This document shows positions 40,324 through 51,247 of a stretch of DNA of 64,000 bases, piece by piece. The notes below the pieces were generated by a model. It saw only the letters and a list, made by a program, of their open reading frames with translations, did not search any database and was not told the origin of the DNA. Numbering within the stretch: the first letter of the stretch is position 1; each line of letters starts with the position of its first letter. Origin of the DNA: an uncultured Verrucomicrobiae bacterium (GTDB lineage: Bacteria; Verrucomicrobiota; Verrucomicrobiia; Chthoniobacterales; JAFAMB01); the NCBI GenBank assembly GCA_963837955.1, contig CAWIPH010000002.1, forward strand, positions 32,001-96,000. The letters are read 5' to 3'. A program made the translations under genes and the position numbers.

Positions 40324-41166
40324 ATGAAGACCAAGCATAAGATCGCAACGGCCAAGATCGCTTACCGGGTCTTGCGCGGGTGTCGACGGGTGGTTGGTGC
40401 TGGTGACGAAGTAACGGTAACCCGCGGAAGGGTACGTTACCGTTTGGATCTCTCCCAGGGCATCGATTTCGCCATCTTTCTTGGTCAATACGAACCTCAA
40501 ACGATTGCTGCATGCCGGCGCCACATCCTACCGGGCCAAAATGTTTTGGATATCGGTGCTAACATCGGAGCGCACACGTTGAATTTTGCTCGTCTGGTTG
40601 GTCGAGCTGGACACGTATATGCTTTTGAGCCGACAGATTTCGCTTTTTCCAAGCTGATTCGTAATCTGAACCTCAATCCAGACTTAGTGTCGCGCGTCAG
40701 TGCCTTTCAATGTTTCCTGGGAGCCAAAGATGGAGTACCGACCAGCTCGCCGGTCTATTCAAGTTGGCCGTTGGTTGGAGGAACGGAACTCCACCAAAAA
40801 CATTTAGGGCAACCGATGTCGATCAGCAAGAGTCGCCAGCGGACAATGGATAACATTCTGGCGGAGCATGGCCGGCCTAAGATTCACTTTGTGAAGCTCG
40901 ATGTGGATGGATTCGAATGTGAGGTTCTCGCGGGCGCGCAAGAGATGATATCCCGCAATCCTCCAGTGTTTGTCATGGAGCTCGCTCCCTACGTTTTAGA
41001 AGAGCGGGGCGCATCGCTCGGAGAGCTGGTGGAATACTTTGTAAAGTTCGGATATAAATTTTTCCGTGAGCACGACGATGCCCCATTACCGCGAGAGGTT
41101 AAGCAACTCGCGGCACTCGTTGGCGATGGAGAGGGAATGAACGTAATTGCTCGGCCGGAATCGTGA
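40324..41166 (+). CDS. FkbM-family methyltransferase
   Basis: YEP, LDIGANIG, YAFEP, VKLDVDGFE. Confidence 0.92.
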   Translation: MKTKHKIATAKIAYRVLRGCRRVVGAGDEVTVTRGRVRYRLDLSQGIDFAIFLGQYEPQTIAACRRHILPGQNVLDIGANIGAHTLNFARLVGRAGHVYAFEPTDFAFSKLIRNLNLNPDLVSRVSAFQCFLGAKDGVPTSSPVYSSWPLVGGTELHQKHLGQPMSISKSRQRTMDNILAEHGRPKIHFVKLDVDGFECEVLAGAQEMISRNPPVFVMELAPYVLEERGASLGELVEYFVKFGYKFFREHDDAPLPREVKQLAALVGDGEGMNVIARPES

Positions 41167-41268
41167 GCAATAACCGCCGGGTCTATGGGAACGGCTCAAA
41201 CCGGGAATTAAAAGAGCGTACTGACTGCTGAGGTTGCCGAATTGGGCACCGTATTGTCGCTGAAGCTG

Positions 41269-41958
41269 CTAAATTCCAAACGGGTTGTAAGGTAGCGGCG
41301 GCGGTGCGGGTGTACGAACCCCGTAAAGCGACTGCGCTCCGGTGACATCGTCATTGGTGAGGTCATCGGTATTGCTGACCGATGAGTTCATGATCGCGTT
41401 GACTGCTTGACCGGCGATATCGGGGTGATCGAGACCAAGCAGGTGACCGGTCTCGTGTAGCATCACTCGCCGGATATCCATGGCTCGGAAATAAAGAGCT
41501 CCGCGATACGAGTTCCAACGGACCGTTTGGTTAAAGACGATATCTGCCTCGGTAAATACCTGAGCCGGGGTCGAGCCGGTATTAATATAATAATAAATGG
41601 TTATTCCCAGCGTATCGGCGTCCAGTTTGCTGCCGGCTGCGCTCGAGCCGAAGAAGATTTTGTTGAACCCGTTTCCGAAAGTGCCGCCGGCAGGATTGTT
41701 TCCTTGGTAAGGATAAAGCGACACCCAAAGAATGTATTGGTTCCAGTCCTCAATCGCGTGGTAATAGACCTGCTGGTAGGTGTAGGAACCGTCAGTCAAC
41801 GGAAATCCGCGCGGATTCGTTAGCCGATAAGTCGTCGCGTTCAGGTTCATAATGATCCCAAGGTAACCGGCCGGCCAAACCGGACCCTCCAGAACATACG
41901 CTTCTGCGGAACCCGCGATAACACCGAGGAACGCTGCAAACAGTAAAAATCTTTTCAT
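41269..41958 (-). CDS. Secreted matrixin (M10)-like zinc metalloprotease
   Basis: Signal peptide (AEA cleavage site), EADIVFN, HETGHLLGLDH, Met-turn AIM, DDVTGAQSLYG. Confidence 0.9.
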   Translation of the reverse strand: MKRFLLFAAFLGVIAGSAEAYVLEGPVWPAGYLGIIMNLNATTYRLTNPRGFPLTDGSYTYQQVYYHAIEDWNQYILWVSLYPYQGNNPAGGTFGNGFNKIFFGSSAAGSKLDADTLGITIYYYINTGSTPAQVFTEADIVFNQTVRWNSYRGALYFRAMDIRRVMLHETGHLLGLDHPDIAGQAVNAIMNSSVSNTDDLTNDDVTGAQSLYGVRTPAPPPLPYNPFGI

Positions 41959-41967
41959 GAACGAGAT

Positions 41968-42654
41968 TCAATGGTTGAGGCTGTCCTTCACTCTTTGCAG
42001 GAAGTGATCCGTCGCTTCCGCAGACCGAAGGGTTTCAGCGGTTATTTGCTGATTAGACGTATTGTGGGAGCTCATCGGTTCGCTCTCTTTGACCGGTTCT
42101 CCCCACCAGCGGAAGACCCGATCGCTGTTGGTTGATTCGTCATGAACCACTCGCATGGCTCCCTGGTGGACGCCGATAAACGGCGAAACGTAAAAATCGG
42201 TGGGAGAATGCGCGAAGATAATCAGCCGCTGACCTATCTGCGGCTGAGGCGCACCCTGCACTTGCAGGTGTTCCCCTCCGACGGTACCGCCCAGGAAGTC
42301 CAGGGTGAATGGGGAGGAAACGTTGCCTTTGATCGCTAGTCCGTTAAGCGTCAGCGTGACGCGTGTGTGAATGGAACGGCCTTCCGCGCTGTAGGCGATA
42401 TAGGATTGAGCGTTGGTAACCGTCACGTCGGCAATCACGTCCGCTTTCTGTGCGAGGTCAGGCAGATCCAATGAGTTCACCGTTGTTGCCTGGGCAAATC
42501 CCATTGAGAGAACGAGTAACGTCGACAACAAACCGGCTGAAGCTAGGGAGCCAGCGAGAGGCCTAAACCTCCTGATAGAATCGATCATAGATGGCAAGCG
42601 TTTTCTAATCTGGGTTTGGAGATATTGGATGGGATCTCCTTGGAATTCAATCAT
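41968..42654 (-). CDS. Secreted hypothetical protein paired with the matrixin (start uncertain)
   Basis: Hydrophobic signal ending AQA; beta-rich domain ADVIADVTV...GGTVGG...GAP...GQRLIIF; 9 bp from the protease start. Confidence 0.75.
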   Translation of the reverse strand: MIEFQGDPIQYLQTQIRKRLPSMIDSIRRFRPLAGSLASAGLLSTLLVLSMGFAQATTVNSLDLPDLAQKADVIADVTVTNAQSYIAYSAEGRSIHTRVTLTLNGLAIKGNVSSPFTLDFLGGTVGGEHLQVQGAPQPQIGQRLIIFAHSPTDFYVSPFIGVHQGAMRVVHDESTNSDRVFRWWGEPVKESEPMSSHNTSNQQITAETLRSAEATDHFLQRVKDSLNH

Positions 42655-42804
42655 TTCGAAAGATCGGCCGTGGTCTTCGACTAATTACCTTTTGACGATT
42701 TTCATTGATTGGGGTTACAACCAGCCATTAAATGAGCAAGTCGAGCGTTTCGGTGTCGGACCTCGTGCCAGTGGTTTAAATCATCGTGCAAATTGTTGAC
42801 TGAA

Positions 42805-43524
42805 ATGAACACCCTCCAAAACCTGTCGGTAAAGATCTTCGCTGATGGCGCTGACCTGGATGGCATGACCAGCCTCTACAAAAATCCGCTGATCCGGGGA
42901 TTGACGACAAACCCAACCCTTATGAGAAAAGCTGGCATTCAGGACTACGAACTGTTTGCCAGGAAAGTCCTCGACATCGTGAGGGAAAAGCCGATTTCCT
43001 TTGAGGTTTTCTCCGATGAATTCAGCGAAATGCGGCGACAAGCGCTCAAAATTCGAGATTGGCAAAACAATGTCTTCGTCAAGATTCCGATCACTAATTC
43101 CCGGGGGGAATCCTCCATTCCGCTGATTTCCGAGCTGGCCAAGGCGGGCACGCAACTCAACCTCACGGCGATCTTGACGCTAACCCAGGTGCGGGAAGTA
43201 GCCGATGTTCTGCAGCCCGAAGTTGCTGCTGTCGTCTCGGTCTTCGCCGGTCGAATCGCCGATACCGGTCGCGACCCGATCCCTTTGATGAGAGCGAGCA
43301 AGGTTCTGCTCGAGCACCTGCCAAAAGCAGAGCTACTTTGGGCGAGCGTGCGCGAGGTTTTGAACCTGGTGCAAGCGGACGAGTGCGGATGCGATATCGT
43401 CACGGTGCCGCACGATATTCTCAATAAGGCGATTAAGATGGTGGGAACCGATTTGACCGGTCTCTCGCTCGATACCGTAAAAATGTTTGCCAAAGATGCG
43501 GAATCAGCTGGATTCAAACTTTGA
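42805..43524 (+). CDS. Short-type transaldolase
   Basis: IFADGA, GLTTNPTL, ISFEV, VFVKIP (Schiff-base Lys), NLTA, SVFAGRIAD, WASVRE. Confidence 0.9.
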   Translation: MNTLQNLSVKIFADGADLDGMTSLYKNPLIRGLTTNPTLMRKAGIQDYELFARKVLDIVREKPISFEVFSDEFSEMRRQALKIRDWQNNVFVKIPITNSRGESSIPLISELAKAGTQLNLTAILTLTQVREVADVLQPEVAAVVSVFAGRIADTGRDPIPLMRASKVLLEHLPKAELLWASVREVLNLVQADECGCDIVTVPHDILNKAIKMVGTDLTGLSLDTVKMFAKDAESAGFKL

Positions 43525-44326
43525 TTCCGCGTTCCGCCAGGGTTTGAATATCTCGCGTCGCGACCAGATCGCAGAATCGGCTTTGTCTCGTCCAATCCTC
43601 AGGTCGAAATTCAAAAGACGTGCAGTCCAACTTCTTGCCTAGCTGGTAGACTGCGAATCCGCGCGACGTCAGGAAATCGAGCAGCTCTTCGGGTTTACAC
43701 CCGGCTGCGTGTAACCCATGTGGCCAGAATTCAAGAAGAAGCAGTAGGTTCCCATTGGTCTGGATTAGTTTTTCCGCGCCTTGTAGCACCTCCAATTCAA
43801 ATCCTTGGACATCGATTTTCAAAAGATCGAGACGCAAGTCAGGGATTTCAGCGTCGAGAGTAACTGCCGGGACCGCTGTGATCCCTGCATTTTGGTTGCC
43901 GCTCGATACGATCCGATTGTCGCCGCGGTTTAGTTGACCCTCCATGAGCTGCAGAGTCCCGGGCTTGCTCGCCACTGCAGCATTAAACAAAGAGACATTC
44001 TGGATATTGTTTCGTTGAAGATTCTGCTGCAATGAACTGCAAAGTAATTGATCGGGTTCAAAAGCGAATATTTGGCCCTCTGGAACGAGGCTTGCCAATA
44101 ACAGAGTGTATAGCCCTTGGTTAGCACCCACGTCAGCAATTCTACTGTCTCCTTGGACGGCAGCGCGGAGGAACAGCATTTCATCGTTCCCCATGAGCTT
44201 GAGACGGTGAGCCTGCAAAACTAACCAGCGGTCGAGCGTCGGTGGAACGAAGCTCGATCCCCAGACTTTGACGCTCCTTTTCCAGATCGGAGATCGATTG
44301 ATCCCGCCAAAAAAAGTGCGAAGCAT
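43514..44326 (-). CDS. FkbM-family methyltransferase
   Basis: DVGANQG, FAFEP, LKIDVQGFE, EFWP. Confidence 0.92.
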   Translation of the reverse strand: MLRTFFGGINRSPIWKRSVKVWGSSFVPPTLDRWLVLQAHRLKLMGNDEMLFLRAAVQGDSRIADVGANQGLYTLLLASLVPEGQIFAFEPDQLLCSSLQQNLQRNNIQNVSLFNAAVASKPGTLQLMEGQLNRGDNRIVSSGNQNAGITAVPAVTLDAEIPDLRLDLLKIDVQGFELEVLQGAEKLIQTNGNLLLLLEFWPHGLHAAGCKPEELLDFLTSRGFAVYQLGKKLDCTSFEFRPEDWTRQSRFCDLVATRDIQTLAERGIKV

Positions 44327-44572
44327 GCCGATATTAGTGCACTGAGTGCGGTTTATTCAAACCCGCGATGGATTGTTTCGAATCGCTAGTAAGTAAAGAG
44401 CGAGCGGCAGATCTGCTGTACTGCATCTCCAGTTCGACCAGCGTCGATGCGACCCATAAACCGAGTTGGTGGCATGGCAAAGCGAATCTGAGAAGAGCTT
44501 CTCTCTTGCGCTCCTGGCGACAATATCCAATATCCTAGAGCCCTGAACAGTTTCTCCGGATTTCAGGAGAAT

Positions 44573-45328
44573 GTGACGACCACACCGCCCATCGATCAGC
44601 ATCTGATAGAGATCCTTCGCAATCGCCAAGCCTGGGATCGCAAACCTGCACTTCGGAAAGCCTATGCACAATTATATGGATTGATCCAAGAGGAGCTGGT
44701 CGACGAGCCGGGGACCACTGTCGAGCTCGGCTCTGGAATCGGTGCAATTAAGGCGTCTGTCCCTGACTGTATTACTACCGATATCTTCCCCAATCCCTGG
44801 CTAGACCGGACCGAAAATGCCTATAAGCTCTCGTTTGGTGATCGTTCGATTGCAAACCTGATCCTTTTCGACGTGTTTCATCACCTTGAATACCCGGGCG
44901 AGGCTTTCAAGGAGTTCGAACGGGTTGTGGTTCAACGCGGTCGCTTAATTCTGATGGAACCCGGCTTCGGTTTGCTTGGGCGTTTCATTTACCGAAGGTT
45001 TCATCATGAAGCCCTGGGTTTCGATAGACAAATCTTGTGGGATGCGCCGAAAAGCTTCGACCGGAATAAGCCGGGTTACTATGCAGCCCAAGCCAACGCC
45101 TGGCGGATCTTCGTTCAGGACGAATTCAGCCCGAACATTTCCGGCTGGCGACTTATGATCGCGAAGAGATTACCTGCCTTCAGCTATGTGGCGTCAGGAG
45201 GGTTCAGCGGTCCCAGCTTGTATCCCGCCTGGCTTTTTTCTGGCGTGCGGATAGTTGACAAGGTTTTCGCGCTTCTACCGTCAATTTTCGCTACCCGACT
45301 AATGGTTGTCCTGGAAAGATTATCATAA
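44573..45328 (+). CDS. Class I SAM-dependent methyltransferase
   Basis: VELGSGIG, DVFHHL, GRLILMEP, SGGFS. Confidence 0.85.
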   Translation: MTTTPPIDQHLIEILRNRQAWDRKPALRKAYAQLYGLIQEELVDEPGTTVELGSGIGAIKASVPDCITTDIFPNPWLDRTENAYKLSFGDRSIANLILFDVFHHLEYPGEAFKEFERVVVQRGRLILMEPGFGLLGRFIYRRFHHEALGFDRQILWDAPKSFDRNKPGYYAAQANAWRIFVQDEFSPNISGWRLMIAKRLPAFSYVASGGFSGPSLYPAWLFSGVRIVDKVFALLPSIFATRLMVVLERLS

Positions 45329-45332
45329 CGAC

Positions 45333-46753
45333 ATGAGCCCGAAACCTGTTTCTGCCTTGGTCGAGGCGCATCTGAATCGGCTTCGCGAACACTATGATCA
45401 GTGCACAAACATCACCCAGGCAGCCCAGGATTACCGTCTAATCGTCGCGAAGTATTACAATTTGCTAATACAGCCGGCTTCTTCGGTTCTTGAGATCGGC
45501 TGTGGCGCAGGGGGTCTTCTGTCGTTATTGCATGCCCGTGAGCGATGTGGAGTCGATCCTTCCGTCGTCCAAATCGGGTTGGCCAAAGAAAGACTTCCAG
45601 AGGGTGAGTTCTATGTTCAGGCTGGCGAAACATTGCACCTACCAGATCGAAAATTCGATTATATCATCCTCTCTGAAACCGCCAATTTGGCTGCGGATGT
45701 TCAGCAGATTTTCCAAAATCTGAAGAGCGTGTCGCACGAAGAAACGAGGCTAATTATCAATATTTATAGTGCACTGTGGCGTCCATTGATCTGGTTCGCA
45801 ACGGCCGTAGGGTGGCGCGCGCGCCACCCCGAAAGCAATTGGTTATCAAAACAGGATATCGCCGGTTTACTTTGTCTTAGTGGCTGGGAATTGATTAGAT
45901 CCGACGCACGTATTCTCTGCCCGGTAAAGCTATTGGGATTAGAAAACCTTCTAAATCGTTTCCTGGCGCCGGTCTTAAGCCCGTTTTGTCTCTCCCTTTT
46001 TTGATTGCCCGGCCATTAGCGGGCCGGCAATCTGAAAAAAGCGTTTCTGTAGTTATCCCGGCCAGAAACGAGGCTGGGAACATCGAAGCGGCGCTAGCGC
46101 GTACCCCAGAGATGGGAACTTGGACCGAATTGATATTTGTTGAAGGGAATTCGACTGACGACACCTGGGAAGCGATCCAACGTGTGAAAGAAAATAATTC
46201 GAATCGACGTATCAAGATCTTTCAGCAAAGCGGGAAAGGGAAAGGGAATGCGGTTCGAGATGGGTTCGCTGTTGCCGAGGGCGAGGTGTTGATGATTCTC
46301 GACGCAGACTTAACGGTCCCGCCTGAGGAACTGCCAAAGTTTTACGAAGCCATCGTCTCGGGTCGCTGCGAATTCTGCAATGGCAGCCGTCTGGTGTATC
46401 CGATGGATGAGAAAGCCATGCAGTTTCTCAATCTCTGCGCAAATAAGACTTTCGGGATTCTATTTAGTTGGTTGCTTGGACAATCCGTCAAGGACACGCT
46501 TTGCGGAACCAAGGTGCTTACCAAATCTAACTATCAAAGGATTGCCCAAAACCGGAACTATTTTGGCGACTTCGATCCGTTTGGCGACTTCGATCTGCTT
46601 TTTGGAGCTAGCAAACTGAGCCTTAAGATTCTCGATCTGCCAATCCGATACAAGGAGAGGGCTTACGGCGAGACGAACATTCACCGATGGAAGCACGGCT
46701 GGCTATTACTCCAGATGGCGATTTTTGCGGCGACCAAGCTCAAAATTGTTTGA
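45333..46753 (+). pseudogene. Methyltransferase-GT2 fusion protein, frameshifted at a T6 run (45997-46002)
   Basis: N-terminal VLEIGCGAG; C-terminal SVVIPARNE, GNSTD, GKGNAV, LDADL, DTLCGTK, FGDFDLL. T7 restores one ORF (LSLFLIARP). Confidence 0.85.
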
Positions 46754-46856
46754 TTCGCGGTAAGATCGGAGGACAACTTTTACGAGCGGGTGACCGTTTT
46801 GTTATTTGGGTTCGCATGAAAGCCACAGCAAGATAGTCATGGTATGGATTCGAAAC

Positions 46857-48584
46857 ATGGAGCGTAGCCGTGCGGATAACCGTCGTGAATCACTAAACTC
46901 CTCACCAGAGCGTCCCTTCTTGATTAAACGTGAGAACCTTATCGGGGCGCTGGTGCTCGCGGTCGTGCCGGCAATATTCCTTATTGTCACGCTCCAATTG
47001 ACGAAGGTAAGCGGTCCAGCTTGGCTTAGTAGCAACTTTGAAAACAATTATCCTTATCTCTTTAATTCGCTGCTCTTAATCAAAGGTCAGACACCCGTCA
47101 TGATCGGGCATCCTGGTACTACGACCCAGATTTTTGGTGCCGCGATTCTAAAAACTTCGGAACATGGATCTGTTGACCGGATCGTTAGCGCCGTGATTCG
47201 AAATCCGGAAAAGTTCATCAAACGAATCCAACGAACGTTGCTCTTTTTTTCCGCTGCAAGCCTCTGGCTTTTTCCTTGGCTCACCGCGCTCCACATCCAG
47301 AGTCATATCAAAGGACTACTGCTTCAGCTGCCAAGCCTCTTTTTTGTTACTCTGCTTCGTTATACGATTTGGTTCGGATCGGATCTAATGTTGGTTCCAT
47401 TCTGCGTCGCCGCAATTTGTCTATGCGTTGTGCTGACTCAGCAAAGATGGAGCGGTGAGCAGCGACAATGGGTACTCATCCTGGCGGGCATAGTTTGCGC
47501 TTTGGGAATCCTGACAAAACTCACCTTCTTTCCTCTGATCCTTATCATTTTCGCCTGCTGTAGGGGATTGAAGAACAGATTGATTGCTGCGGGTTCGTTT
47601 GTTCTTGCGGCTGCCGTCACCTCGGTTCCGATTTATCCCAAACTGGCTTCGTTGGCTTCTTGGACTGCGAGCCTCGCGAGCCACACCGGAGGCTACGGCA
47701 GCGGGGAGGCGGGTTTCACTCGACCAGATGTTCTTTGGAACGGGATGTCATTATTGATTTCGAATGAACCCATGATCGTTTGGGTTCCGCTCTTCGCGAC
47801 GGTTACAGTCTTAGTGTTGCAATCGGTCGGAAGAACGGCATCTGGGTCCCATGCTCTCGCCGGCCCCGCGCTGATGCTGCTCGGATTACAAATCCTGGGT
47901 TTCATCCTGGTCGCTAAGCACGCTGGATATCATTATCTGATCCCGCTTTATCTAAGCACAGGACTCAACCTGGTCCTGGTATACGAAGCAATTCGCTTGA
48001 ATAGGAGGTTCTCGGTCCTGGCCTGCTTTGGGACAGGAGCCATGGGCTTCCTCTTGCTTTGGCCGGTTCACGATTCCGCCAGAAGAACCATGGTTTGCTA
48101 TAACTTTCTCGATAATTGGCGAAATCTGCAACTTAACTTATACGATCGCGTAAAGAAGCTGACCAAGGACGATCTTCGCATCGATTACTATCGATCTGCC
48201 AGTCCGGAATTTGCGGCGTTCTTCGGTAATGGTTATGCATCCAACTATGTTGGTCCAATTGCGGACTCTGTCGATGAAAGCGCCGCATCTAGCTATTTTG
48301 GTCCACTTCTAGAAGAGAGATATCCGCACGCCATGTTTGCGATGTTTTTTGGTAGCGATCTGAAATTTTACACGTTTACCAAGAGTTTGGATCCTGCGTT
48401 CGTAATAGAGAGGCATCGGCAGTTCTTTCTTTTCGGAAACCATTCAGATGGTAGAGGCATTCCTGGCGTTGACCTGATGATTCCTGGTGTAGGTCCAAAA
48501 AGCATTACCGAAGTAGACAGCGGGGGCTATCTTTACCTGGACAAGTGGACACGGGAGGCCGCCACTCCTCCATCGGCACGCTAG
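46857..48584 (+). CDS. Polytopic membrane protein, GT-C-like (paralogue 1)
   Basis: GP.WL..N...YPYLFNSLL, HPGTT, TKLTFFP, AKH, RIDYYRS motifs shared with 49602 and 51248. Confidence 0.7.
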   Translation: MERSRADNRRESLNSSPERPFLIKRENLIGALVLAVVPAIFLIVTLQLTKVSGPAWLSSNFENNYPYLFNSLLLIKGQTPVMIGHPGTTTQIFGAAILKTSEHGSVDRIVSAVIRNPEKFIKRIQRTLLFFSAASLWLFPWLTALHIQSHIKGLLLQLPSLFFVTLLRYTIWFGSDLMLVPFCVAAICLCVVLTQQRWSGEQRQWVLILAGIVCALGILTKLTFFPLILIIFACCRGLKNRLIAAGSFVLAAAVTSVPIYPKLASLASWTASLASHTGGYGSGEAGFTRPDVLWNGMSLLISNEPMIVWVPLFATVTVLVLQSVGRTASGSHALAGPALMLLGLQILGFILVAKHAGYHYLIPLYLSTGLNLVLVYEAIRLNRRFSVLACFGTGAMGFLLLWPVHDSARRTMVCYNFLDNWRNLQLNLYDRVKKLTKDDLRIDYYRSASPEFAAFFGNGYASNYVGPIADSVDESAASSYFGPLLEERYPHAMFAMFFGSDLKFYTFTKSLDPAFVIERHRQFFLFGNHSDGRGIPGVDLMIPGVGPKSITEVDSGGYLYLDKWTREAATPPSAR

Positions 48585-48742
48585 TTCATTACAACCATGT
48601 GGAACTCAACGTCCACCTTTCGCGGACCCCGCTATTTGTCCAGAATCAATTGTCTGCTGGGTATGTTTCCCGCATTTTCGTTCTCCAAGAAACCTCTGCA
48701 CCGGGCAGGAGAGGCCTATCTTAGTATTAACCAAGGCATAGC

Positions 48743-49465
48743 ATGGAGTCTCGCGATTCAGGCAAAGAGTATTATCGAGAAGAGCTAGGCTTCTTTCGAG
48801 CCGTTCGCGAGCACGGGTTCCGCGCAAAAACGGTCTTTGATATTGGTTCCTCCCATGGTGGCTGGTCGTACGCGATTTCGTCCCTCTTCCCTGATGCGGA
48901 TTTTCATCTCTTTGAGCCATTAGCGGATTTGAAGCCGGATTATCGTGAGCGGAACATCCAAATCCTGGCGGAGAAGCCGAAATTTGTGCTGCATAAGGTC
49001 GCGATAGGGGCTCGGAACGGGAGCATCACGATGATTTCAGACCCGCAAGGATTTGGAGCAAGCACGATGGCCAAGAGACCATTCGCCCAATTCCAGGAAC
49101 GTCATCGGGTGCCGATTTTCCGTTTAGAGACTTTCTCCGACCGGTTTCACCTATCCCAACCCGAGATAGTCAAGATGGATTTACAAGGAGGCGAACTCAA
49201 CGCGCTCCGCGGCGCGAAGCGGCTCTTAGAGAAAATAAGGATTATCCAGCTCGAGGCTTGGATGTACCGGGCCTACAGTCAGAAGCATCCGTTATTGTGG
49301 GAACTTGGTCGCTTTCTTACGAAAAAGCAGTTTTGCCTGGTCGAGATTGGTGATCGTTTCTATAGTCGGCGCCATCAACTAATTGCGTTCGATGCATTCT
49401 TTGTCCGCGAAGATGTCCTGGATTTGCTCGGAAAATCTTTGGGTCGGGAACGACTGACACCGTAG
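48743..49465 (+). CDS. FkbM-family methyltransferase
   Basis: FDIGSSHG, LFEP, VKMDLQGGE, FDAFF. Confidence 0.88.
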   Translation: MESRDSGKEYYREELGFFRAVREHGFRAKTVFDIGSSHGGWSYAISSLFPDADFHLFEPLADLKPDYRERNIQILAEKPKFVLHKVAIGARNGSITMISDPQGFGASTMAKRPFAQFQERHRVPIFRLETFSDRFHLSQPEIVKMDLQGGELNALRGAKRLLEKIRIIQLEAWMYRAYSQKHPLLWELGRFLTKKQFCLVEIGDRFYSRRHQLIAFDAFFVREDVLDLLGKSLGRERLTP

Positions 49466-49601
49466 CCCCTGTGCGGCAGAGTCTAACCAGAACATTAATT
49501 AGCCGAGGGTTGCGATCGCGAAGGCAAAAATGCCAGTCACATTGTGGGGTGTGATCGGATTGCGATTTATTTTTTTAAGAACAGCGGCCAAGACTTCAAT
49601 C

Positions 49602-51233
49602 ATGGAATCGATTCAAAGTTTGTCGAATTCATTTGGCTCGCTAAAAGCACACTCGCTCCGCCGAAGATATGTTATCCCGATCTCGGGACTCTTTTTGTTC
49701 GTACCAGCTCTTTTTTTGTTCGTAGCCATGCAATTGACGAAGGCCGGCGGACCGCCGTGGTTGGGTAGTAATTTCGAAAATAATTACCCCTATCTTTTTA
49801 ATTCGCTGTTGTTAGTAAAAAAACAGACACCGTACATGATTGGGCATCCGGGTCTGACGACGCAGTTTTTTGGCGCAAGTATTTTGCGGGCGTCCGTGCC
49901 TGGCCGAACGACCAAAGTGGTCGAGGCGGTCTTGGGAAATCCAGAGAAATTCATCAAAAGAATTCAACGATCGATGTTGATCCTGACAGCGGTCTCTCTC
50001 TGGATCCTTCCTTGGTTAACGGCCCTTTATATAGGCAGCTACTTCACGGGGTTTTTACTTCAACTGCCGAGTCTCTTTTTTATCACTCTGCTTCGCTATG
50101 CCATCTGGTTCGGATCCGATCTGATGCTCGTGCCTTTCTGTGTAGCCGCGCTTTGTCTATGTGTAATCCTGACTCACCAACGATGGAGAGGCCAGCAGCG
50201 ACGTTGGACACTTATCCTGGCCGGCATTGTTTGCGCATTGGGTACCGTTACGAAACTCACCTTTTTCCCGCTCATCTTTATCATTGTAGCTTGTTGTTGC
50301 GGGCTGCGGAACCGCTTGATAGCGGGAGCGTCGTTTGCGGTAGCGACGGCCCTTGCCCTCATGCCGATCTATCCTAAGCTAGCGGAACTAGGTGGATGGA
50401 TCTTCGGAATCGCCACTCATACCGGGTTTTACGGATCAGGTGATGTCGGGTTCGCGCGTGCCGACACCTATTTCGCCACCATCGGTGTCATATTGTCGTA
50501 TGAGCCTATGGTGGCCTGCATTCCGGCGCTGGGCACTTTAGCTATCATCATCCTATCAGTTGTAAGCATACGTGTTTTGCAAAGATCCGGGAATTGGCTG
50601 CTCGCGTGGTCGTCCCTGGGGCTCTTCACGTTGCAGGTTTTGTCTTTTCTTTTGGTTGCTAAACACGCCAATTTTCAATACTTCATCCCGATCTTTCTGT
50701 CCGTTGCCCTAAATCTGGTACTCCTGTATGAGTTTTCTAGAACACAGGTTTATCCTAAGCTTCTCCGGATTTTCAGTAGCGTTACCCTCCTTGGCCTTAT
50801 CGGATGTGCCCTAGGTGCTGCTACGCTAGGCGCGCTGGATAACTACGGTGCTTTACGCGATTGGCGTGATCAACAATTGGGGCTGTACGGGCGAGTCGTG
50901 GCTAAAGTTCCCAGCGATCTCCGGATCGACTATTATCGTTCTATTTCTCCGCAGTGGGCAGAATATTTCGGTAATCAATTTGCCGGCAAATACTTCGCGG
51001 CATATCTCGACAAGAAGTATCCGCATGCGCTCTTTTATAACATATTCAGCAGGACTTTCGAAAAGAACTTCTTAACTTCCGTGCCTCGTGAAGAAGTTCT
51101 TAAGCAGCACGATCACCTCTACTTCTTTGGCAACCGGGCTGATCAGCAAGGCATTCCTGACTTCGATGGTCAAGATTTTCTGGAACTGGACAACGGAGGT
51201 CTATTTTTCCTGGACGAATGGGCACGGAAATAG
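49602..51233 (+). CDS. Polytopic membrane protein, GT-C-like (paralogue 2)
   Basis: Long identical blocks with 46857-48584 (SNFENNYPYLFNSLLL, IWFGSDLMLVPFCVAA). Confidence 0.7.
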   Translation: MESIQSLSNSFGSLKAHSLRRRYVIPISGLFLFVPALFLFVAMQLTKAGGPPWLGSNFENNYPYLFNSLLLVKKQTPYMIGHPGLTTQFFGASILRASVPGRTTKVVEAVLGNPEKFIKRIQRSMLILTAVSLWILPWLTALYIGSYFTGFLLQLPSLFFITLLRYAIWFGSDLMLVPFCVAALCLCVILTHQRWRGQQRRWTLILAGIVCALGTVTKLTFFPLIFIIVACCCGLRNRLIAGASFAVATALALMPIYPKLAELGGWIFGIATHTGFYGSGDVGFARADTYFATIGVILSYEPMVACIPALGTLAIIILSVVSIRVLQRSGNWLLAWSSLGLFTLQVLSFLLVAKHANFQYFIPIFLSVALNLVLLYEFSRTQVYPKLLRIFSSVTLLGLIGCALGAATLGALDNYGALRDWRDQQLGLYGRVVAKVPSDLRIDYYRSISPQWAEYFGNQFAGKYFAAYLDKKYPHALFYNIFSRTFEKNFLTSVPREEVLKQHDHLYFFGNRADQQGIPDFDGQDFLELDNGGLFFLDEWARK

Positions 51234-51247
51234 GCTGGGATCCTGCC

